In this document: in pieces, positions 57,656-64,000 of the stretch | Layout: each line of letters starts with the position of its first letter | Numbering within the stretch: the stretch's first letter is position 1 | From: Fidelibacterota bacterium | Lineage (GTDB): Bacteria; Fidelibacterota; JAANXI01 | Length of the DNA: 64,000 nt | Assembly: GCA_021734025.1 (NCBI GenBank) | Contig: JAIPJS010000005.1 | Span: 2,112-66,111, forward strand | Reading direction: 5' to 3' | The notes under the pieces: generated by a model | Database searches by the model: none | What the model was told of the DNA's origin: nothing | The model's input: only the letters and a program-made list of their open reading frames with translations | Translations under genes and position numbers: made by a program

Positions 57656-58928
57656 GCATTGTTTCCTTCAGGTCGAAGAGTTCGTAAGCCGCTTCAATTC
57701 GTTTCAATTCACCGTTGCCGTTCTGTGCTGCTTCCCGGAGTTGCATCATCGGAGTATGCAGAAATTTTTTCATCAGGATTGAAGTCAGCTTGTCCAGATC
57801 CTCCCACTCGTCCTCATCAAAATATTTGCGCGCCTTTTCCAGCTCCTCCTGCCGGAGCTGTTCGAACTTTTTGTGCAGAGAGGCGATCACCGGCTTTACA
57901 TCCAGGGTTTTTATCCAGTCCGTAAACGAGGCAACTTCCTCATCCACGATTTTCTCTGCGACTGGAATTTCCTCTTTCCGTAGATCCAGATTTTTATTCA
58001 CGATGGTATTCAGGTCGTCGATATCGTTGAGAAACACGTTATCCAGCTTGTTCAATGCGGGATCGATATCTCTGGGAACTGCAATATCTATGAGAAATAG
58101 CGGTCTGTGGTTTCGTTTGGACATTACCTTCTTCACCATCTCTGCGGAAACCGTAAAGTCCGGCGAATTGGTGGCAGAAATGACGATATCCACCTCGCCG
58201 ATCTTCTCGCCATAGGAATCAAACGGCAGCGCGTATCCACCAAGTTCTTCGGCGACTTTTTCCGCTTTCTCAAATGTACGATTGGTAATGTAGAGCGTTT
58301 TGATATCCCGGGATTTAATATGCCTGGCCGTTAATTCACCGGTTTCCCCGGCCCCAATCAGTAACGCCGTACGTTTTGACAGGTCGCTGAAAATCTTGTT
58401 TGACAGTTCCACCACCGCCGAACTCACGGAGACTGCCCCAGCGCCGAGCTCTGTCTCATTTCTTACGCGCTTACCGACATGAAAGGCCGAGTGAAACAGT
58501 GTATTTAAAATGGTACCGGTGGTTTCCATATCCGAGGCCATCCGAAATGCGTCTTTCACTTGTCCAAGGATTTGCGGCTCCCCCAGTACCTGGGAATCCA
58601 AACCGGATGCAACTCTGAAAAGATGTTTGACCGCATCGGCTTTTTTCTTCACATATGTAATTTCCGGGTTCGACCAGATCTCGATATTCCCGGAGATATT
58701 CAGTAGTGTCCGCAGGCACATCAGGTAGTGCGGGTTAGATGGCCCAACGATATACCACTCAGTCCGATTACACGTGGACAGTCCCACCACCTCTGAAAAA
58801 TGCCCGGTCGCTTTTATGGCATGCAGAATGGAAGACATCCTGTCAGGCGACACCGCAGCACATTCCCGCTGATCCACCGAGGCGGATTTATGATTCAGGC
58901 CGAGAACGTATATTTCAAACGCTTTCAT
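57648..58928 (-). CDS. hemA: glutamyl-tRNA reductase
   Basis: The start is moved to MKAFEIYVLGLNHKSA. Contains LSTCNRTE and GAGETGE. Confidence 0.85.
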   Translation of the reverse strand: MKAFEIYVLGLNHKSASVDQRECAAVSPDRMSSILHAIKATGHFSEVVGLSTCNRTEWYIVGPSNPHYLMCLRTLLNISGNIEIWSNPEITYVKKKADAVKHLFRVASGLDSQVLGEPQILGQVKDAFRMASDMETTGTILNTLFHSAFHVGKRVRNETELGAGAVSVSSAVVELSNKIFSDLSKRTALLIGAGETGELTARHIKSRDIKTLYITNRTFEKAEKVAEELGGYALPFDSYGEKIGEVDIVISATNSPDFTVSAEMVKKVMSKRNHRPLFLIDIAVPRDIDPALNKLDNVFLNDIDDLNTIVNKNLDLRKEEIPVAEKIVDEEVASFTDWIKTLDVKPVIASLHKKFEQLRQEELEKARKYFDEDEWEDLDKLTSILMKKFLHTPMMQLREAAQNGNGELKRIEAAYELFDLKETMHE

Positions 58929-58945
58929 GGTTCTTCCTGATTTAC

Positions 58946-59761
58946 TTAATAGAACTTGTGAAACGAGGTTAAAAAGTAGTTTACCACCGTCATCGAAATC
59001 ACCACTGTGGTAAATCCCGTCAGTGAAACATAGGCGATGCGCTTCCCGCTCCAGCCCAGCCACCTCTTGCTGGCGATCACGAACCCGAAAATGGCCCAGG
59101 TAATCAATGCGAGCATAATTTTCCAGTCAAACACGATCAATTGCTCAAACGCAATTTTCGTCCAGACAGCCCCCAGGAAGATGGTGATGGTCAGGAATGT
59201 AAACCCCGCCGTCGCCGCCTTGGTGTTCATCGCATCCAACACTTCCAGGGAGGGGAGTTGATTATAAAACACACTAAACCGGCTACCCTTAATATCATAG
59301 AAAAGCAAAAGGTAGAGCAGTGCGTAGAGCGCAGAAATCGCGATACTGGAATATCCGAGAATGGCCGAACCGGTGTGAACACTGAACAGCGGTGACTGTA
59401 GGATAGGATTAATATCCGGGATAAATTCGATTGTTGCCGAAGATGCTACCTGAAAAATTGCCACGAGACCTATTACGAAAACCCCGGTCGTTTTGACGGA
59501 CAAGATTGATTCAATCCAGAGATAAATGAGTGCCATAGCGAAGGCGATGACGGTCATCACTTCTGCCGGGGACGCCGTCGGAAAATGCTGATATGCGACC
59601 GTCCGCAGGGTGAGGTCCGCTGCATGGATCAAAAGCGTAACAATCAGGAGAGGCGTCAGATACCGTTCAACATCAACCTCATCAGCAAAAAAGTGGATGG
59701 CATACAGGATGGCGGTCGCCAAATAAAAAACGGGAAGCAGAATATTGAGCAGGTTTATCAT
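58946..59761 (-). CDS. cytochrome c assembly protein family (CcsA-like; HemX-like, as found next to hemA)
   Basis: 271-aa polytopic membrane protein with a W-rich segment. It lies adjacent to and upstream of hemA. Confidence 0.55.
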   Translation of the reverse strand: MINLLNILLPVFYLATAILYAIHFFADEVDVERYLTPLLIVTLLIHAADLTLRTVAYQHFPTASPAEVMTVIAFAMALIYLWIESILSVKTTGVFVIGLVAIFQVASSATIEFIPDINPILQSPLFSVHTGSAILGYSSIAISALYALLYLLLFYDIKGSRFSVFYNQLPSLEVLDAMNTKAATAGFTFLTITIFLGAVWTKIAFEQLIVFDWKIMLALITWAIFGFVIASKRWLGWSGKRIAYVSLTGFTTVVISMTVVNYFLTSFHKFY

Positions 59762-60240
59762 TTTCGGTTCTCGCGGTTAGTATTCAGTCGTTAATATATT
59801 TACAATCTTCATGCCACCAGCGATGAAAAACACAACACCCTCCTGAAAGCGTTGTAATATAAGCGCTGATGAATTATGAGCAAAACCCTCTTATTCATTT
59901 ATAATAAAATTCGGGAATGCGTTGTTTCAAAATGAAACTCCGTTTTTCAGAATGGAAGAACCGAAAAGGAATATGGGTATATGGTATAGGGGAAAACAGG
60001 GGGAGATTGAAGGTTGGAGATGGGAGACTGGATATTGGAAACTCGAAATTAGAAACTAGTCACTTGGAGTGTGACACTTAATATTATATTCTTTACAAAA
60101 CGCAGAATATTCGGTTCATGACTTTTTATAACTTGAACACTTGAATACTTGAACACGATATCGCTGTTGTTTCGAACCCCGTTTTTTCATAGACTTTTGT
60201 TTCGTTTTGCAGGGATCTGAAAATATCAAACGGACGGGAG

Positions 60241-61308
60241 ATGAATATGACCACGGAATCGGCGGACGACGGACGGCTGCATATTCCCAAAGATTACACA
60301 TCTGCGCTAGATTTGCGGGCCACGGAAGAGGCCATCAAATTTATTAAAGATACGTTTCAGGAAAATATTGCTGAGGGACTGAGTCTCTCACGGATTTCCG
60401 CTCCGATTATGGTGCTGCAGGACACCGGAATCAATGATCATCTGAGCGGTACGGAAACACCGGTGACATTTGACGTTCCTGACATTCACCAGTCGGCAGA
60501 AATTGTACAATCATTGGCCAAGTGGAAGCGGCTGGCGCTGGCGGATTACGGATTTGAGCCGGGCGAGGGCCTCTATACGGATATGAACGCCATTCGTCCC
60601 GACGAGACACTGGATAACCTGCACTCCATCTACGTGGATCAGTGGGATTGGGAACTGGTGATGCACGAAAATGAGCGAACTGTGGAATTCCTGCAGGAGA
60701 TCGTGCGGGAAATTTACGCTGAAATCGTCCGTACTGAGCGGAGAAATCACGAGGCGTATCCGGCTCTCAAAGAACCGTTTCTCCCGGACGAGATCACCTT
60801 TATTCACACCGAGGAACTCGCTCAGCGCTTTCCGAATATGTCACCGAAAGAACGGGAAATTGCCATATGTAAAAAGCATGGCGCGGTATTTCTCCGCGGA
60901 ATCGGCGCCGATCTGGAACACAGCGGCCAGGCCCATGACAACCGGGCGGCGGATTACGACGACTGGACATCTGTTGGTGAGGACGGTCATCCCGGGCTGA
61001 ACGGCGATATTCTGGTCTGGTATCCGGTGCTGAACCGGGCGTTTGAGATCTCTTCCATGGGTATTCGCGTCAATCCGGAATCACTGCGAACTCAACTGGA
61101 GTTAAAAGGCGAACTGGAGAAGCAGAATTTTTATTTCCACAAGCGGTTATTAAATGGCGAATTGCCGCAGACCATCGGCGGTGGCATTGGGCAGTCCCGG
61201 CTCTGTATGCTGATGCTGCGGAAGGCGCACGTGGGGGAAGTTCACGCCAGCATCTGGCCGGAGGAGATGCGAGTCACCTGTGAGAAGCACGGGATGCAAC
61301 TGCTGTGA
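60241..61308 (+). CDS. asnA: aspartate--ammonia ligase
   Basis: Full-length AsnA-type ligase, the class II aaRS-like fold (ISAPIMV...GINDHLSGTE..., ...IWPEEM...). Confidence 0.8.
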   Translation: MNMTTESADDGRLHIPKDYTSALDLRATEEAIKFIKDTFQENIAEGLSLSRISAPIMVLQDTGINDHLSGTETPVTFDVPDIHQSAEIVQSLAKWKRLALADYGFEPGEGLYTDMNAIRPDETLDNLHSIYVDQWDWELVMHENERTVEFLQEIVREIYAEIVRTERRNHEAYPALKEPFLPDEITFIHTEELAQRFPNMSPKEREIAICKKHGAVFLRGIGADLEHSGQAHDNRAADYDDWTSVGEDGHPGLNGDILVWYPVLNRAFEISSMGIRVNPESLRTQLELKGELEKQNFYFHKRLLNGELPQTIGGGIGQSRLCMLMLRKAHVGEVHASIWPEEMRVTCEKHGMQLL

Positions 61309-61598
61309 AAACCGGTATAAGGTAGAGGGGAAAAGCGTGTTTGTGCGTTAACTGTTATTGTAATCAAAACCTTCCTTTTGTATCAGAATCGGAAAGCAGG
61401 TCAACCGACGATATAAATTAGCCCCCCAATTTATTGTGGGGATGGGGATATTTGAAGTATGGAAAGTCCCTGCAGCGGCGATCGTAATTGGTGGAATTTA
61501 TCCCAACGGATCCCCGGGCTAAAGCCCGGGGCTATTCATCCGTTCCTTAGGTGCGGATAACCTGAACACCCGAACACCTGAACACTCTAACACTTTCT

Positions 61599-62471
61599 TT
61601 ACGCCGTCACCTTCGGAATCCGCTCGATTAAGTCGTCGAGTTCCTCTTTGGCCTCTATACCGATGGTGAAACAATCCACAAAATCGTGAGTCAGCGAGTA
61701 GCGCAAAGATTCGTCAATTCTATGAACGAGCCGACCGTCGCCGAGGAGCTTCATGCCGATGACACCCTTGCCGTTCCGCTTCATTTCTTCCAATACGGAG
61801 GCGACGGTTTCGGTATCCGCATCCATGCGGATGCCGAACGGGTTGATCCGCGCCAGATCCACCTCTACCCAGTCGGAACGCGCCGCCGTCTTCAGCGCCC
61901 GGAGCGTGTGACACGACACGCCGTGGGTACTGACGATCCCGTCCTGCTTGGCTTTTGCAATGACTTCCATGGCACCTTGCTTCTGCTGATCCCAATCCTC
62001 GTCGCGCATCATATGCAGCAGGAGAATGTCAATGTAATCGGTGCCGAGCTCCTTGCGAAACCGATCCAGGTCGGCTTTCATTTCTCTGGCTGAAGAAGCG
62101 TGGGTCTTGGTCAAAATCTGCACCTCTTCTCTGGGAACGTAATCCAGCGCCTCGTTGAGGTGCGGATGCGAACCGTACGCGTCCGCCGAATCCCAGAAGG
62201 TAATCCCGTTCTCGTAGCCGTGGCGCAGCAGGTCAGCCAGTCCGCTGATGCCGAGATCTCTGGTCTGCTCCGAACTCCCGCCAAATCCGGAGGTGCCGGT
62301 CCCGATAGCCAGCCGGCTCACTTCCACATCGCTGGGACCGAGTATAATCCGGTCATCGGCGTAGAGCGTTTTCTGCTCCGCCAAGATATCAGTTCCGGCA
62401 GCACCAAGTGCCAAGGTGCCGACGCCGCCCAGCGTTTTTCGAAGAAATTCCCGTCTATTTAGTTTGGTCAT
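61599..62471 (-). CDS. aldo/keto reductase with Tat signal peptide
   Basis: MTKLNRREFLRKTLGGVGTLALGAAG is a twin-arginine signal. The body is AKR-like (...FWDSADAYG...). Confidence 0.65.
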   Translation of the reverse strand: MTKLNRREFLRKTLGGVGTLALGAAGTDILAEQKTLYADDRIILGPSDVEVSRLAIGTGTSGFGGSSEQTRDLGISGLADLLRHGYENGITFWDSADAYGSHPHLNEALDYVPREEVQILTKTHASSAREMKADLDRFRKELGTDYIDILLLHMMRDEDWDQQKQGAMEVIAKAKQDGIVSTHGVSCHTLRALKTAARSDWVEVDLARINPFGIRMDADTETVASVLEEMKRNGKGVIGMKLLGDGRLVHRIDESLRYSLTHDFVDCFTIGIEAKEELDDLIERIPKVTA

Positions 62472-62810
62472 TGTTTTTCACCGTTCGTTTATTGATGCGT
62501 CCGAAAGAAGATAGAGGATCCCAACGAAAAAGAAAAATTCCGCAGTCGCCGATTCTTCCTTTGCCCATCAAAAACTCCGGTCTTCCATCATCGCTATCAT
62601 TCCACTGGGCAACGCCTTGTTCGTCAGCTGACCTCGCCGAAGGTTATCCTTCGTTCATACACCTTTTCTCTTGATCTGAAAAAAAACAAATTTTTAAAAG
62701 CGATACAGTCACTACTGTCCGGTTATTGAAAATTTTGAGGTATAATCGAACGCTATATTATAGATATAAAAAAATGAAACTGTCGAATATTTTTCTTGCA
62801 AATCCATATA

Positions 62811-62833
62811 GGGGGGGGGGGGGGGGGGGGGGG
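62811..62833. repeat. homopolymeric G tract (23 nt)
   Basis: atatag(g)23tatcttg in a 775-bp intergenic region. Confidence 0.9.
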
Positions 62834-63246
62834 TATCTTGCAATTGGTACAGTATAAATCTCGTTTTATAGTTTATGTGTTCTTTTTTTTAGGGGATCTG
62901 GTCGGAGAAGGTTTTTACAAAAATTAGCCCAGGGACCTCGATTGATGACTCCAAAATTTCACTAGCCATTCCGGGATTTCGCCCTTGAAAGACTTTACCT
63001 CTTGAAAGGGAGACATAATTCTTTTTAATCACTTAGAACAGAAGGCGCCGAATAATGCAAAACAGGACTAAAAAATTTTCCTTTTCCTAGATAAGGAGCC
63101 TTAGTTTTTATGTATATAAAACCTTACCTGTCATAGGAATGATCGGGTATTGTAACCAGAGGGATCTCTAGGAAAAGTTCCTGTACCTCTCAGCGCAGGG
63201 AGTTTATAGATACATCGATTCAAGTCATTCTTCATGAGGTGTAAAA

Positions 63247-64000
63247 ATGTGTATTCCTCATTCTGTTACCGATGGCTTTTCATCCCTTATTGTCTTTCTC
63301 GCTTTTTTTATGGCAGGGTGTAATAATAATCCCGTCACCCCCAAAGACCTGGAACCCGGCCGCCGGGACTACATCTGGACCGTAGACACCCTAAATATGC
63401 CGATGAATTATATTGCATCAGTCTGGGGCGCCTCCCCCAATGATGTCTGGGCGGTGGGCGCCGGCGGCACCTATAAGGATCGATTGCTGCACTATGACGG
63501 GGAAGATTGGTCAACTTACACCAACGAACCCATCTGGTGCACCGGAAATGTCATCTTTGGTTTTAGTGAGGATGACATCTGGATGGGAGGAGGCGCGGGC
63601 TGGTTGGAGCACGGGGCGGGCATCTGGCATTATGATGGCGCCAAATGGTCGCAATATTATGTATACAATATCAAAAACTCCCCTATTATGTATGTACAAG
63701 ATATTTGGGGGGCAGCACCCGATAATATTTATGCTTCTGGTTTGTTCGTTTTTAACGAAGATTCGACCGAAAATGCCTATGGATTTTTATTACACTTTAA
63801 TGGAAAAAACTGGGAGGAGATTGCAAAGGCAGATTTTGAATCCCAATTTTTAACAGTCAGGGAAGAAAACGGTACCGTATATCTCTTTTCGAGTTCTTCG
63901 AGGGTTGATGGTAACTATCATTTCTATAAATTGGAAGAGAAAAAACTGGTACGGCTCTATTCAAACTCAGATGCTCGCGGTTTGTATAGTATAGATGGGA
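63247..64000 (+). CDS. hypothetical lipoprotein, beta-propeller-like repeats (gene continues past window end)
   Basis: ATG at 63247. Lipobox LAFFMAGC. Repeated W-containing strands (VWAVGAGG, IWMGGGAGW, IWHYDGAKW). There is no stop up to 64000. The ORF-track frame at 63413-63853 is the wrong frame. Confidence 0.5.
   Translation, partial: MCIPHSVTDGFSSLIVFLAFFMAGCNNNPVTPKDLEPGRRDYIWTVDTLNMPMNYIASVWGASPNDVWAVGAGGTYKDRLLHYDGEDWSTYTNEPIWCTGNVIFGFSEDDIWMGGGAGWLEHGAGIWHYDGAKWSQYYVYNIKNSPIMYVQDIWGAAPDNIYASGLFVFNEDSTENAYGFLLHFNGKNWEEIAKADFESQFLTVREENGTVYLFSSSSRVDGNYHFYKLEEKKLVRLYSNSDARGLYSIDG

Noticed and set aside
63413-63853. 146-aa plus-strand ORF from the track
   Set aside because: A different frame starting at 63247 gives a lipobox and a repeat-containing protein with no stop to the window end. 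The track ORF is the overlapping wrong frame.
1-64000. tRNA or rRNA genes
   Set aside because: I found no cloverleaf-compatible segments with a GTTCGAATCC-type T-arm and no rRNA-like stretches by eye. A tRNAscan run would be needed to be definitive.

Overview
This reads as a bacterial chromosomal segment, minus-strand dominated, with a conserved backbone and several accessory insertions. I recognised no rRNA, tRNA or CRISPR array by eye, and the taxon cannot be assigned from sequence alone.

Backbone, left to right:
- A MotA/MotB-family stator-like pair, followed by a tandem run of secreted coiled-coil plus TPR (YbgF/CpoB-like) proteins.
- An eRF1-like protein, an HU-TPR fusion, and a UPF0182 membrane protein.
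- A GAF (fRMsr-like) protein, an alpha/beta hydrolase, a vapBC pair whose antitoxin is frameshifted, and a TetR-regulated ABC-2 exporter operon.
- An S41 peptidase, an O-methyltransferase, a SWIM zinc-finger protein, rsgA, an FmdB-like protein, a membrane/spermidine-synthase-like fusion, and pcm.
- An almost complete heme pathway on one strand in the order hemX-like, hemA, hemC, hemD, hemE, hemN, hemH, hemY, hemB, hemL. A four-helix-bundle gene and a second vapBC pair interrupt it. asnA and a Tat-exported aldo/keto reductase follow.

The most unusual region is an AT-rich island at about 26.2-36.3 kb. It carries:
- a DUF4411 PIN-like gene paired with an XRE-HTH/ImmA metallopeptidase;
- vsr overlapping a decayed dcm remnant;
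- a tightly overlapping four-gene operon: an intact dcm (cytosine-5 methyltransferase), a large protein with an N-terminal MORC/Hsp90-like GHKL ATPase domain and a C-terminal histidine-kinase core, a receiver(REC)-domain protein with an unknown 250-aa C-terminal effector, and an HNH_2 nuclease.

A phosphorelay pair embedded between a methyltransferase and an HNH nuclease resembles both MORC-associated R-M systems and Detocs-type two-component defence, but matches neither. It is my candidate for an undescribed system.

The second striking feature is the density of structured intergenic repeats:
- A modular 250-600 bp element family in both orientations at about 23.7, 26.4, 28.7, 41 and 45.3-46.5 kb. 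Its hairpin stem shows compensatory substitutions around a conserved CTTGAT loop, and a downstream AAAAAATCAAGG tail could form a pseudoknot.
- A MITE-like TACGCAATACGCA element inserted inside the ABC operon.
- Period-8 GTGTTANN arrays flanking heme genes.
- A covarying 3' UTR hairpin element after rsgA and pcm.
- A 23-nt poly-G tract near the right end.
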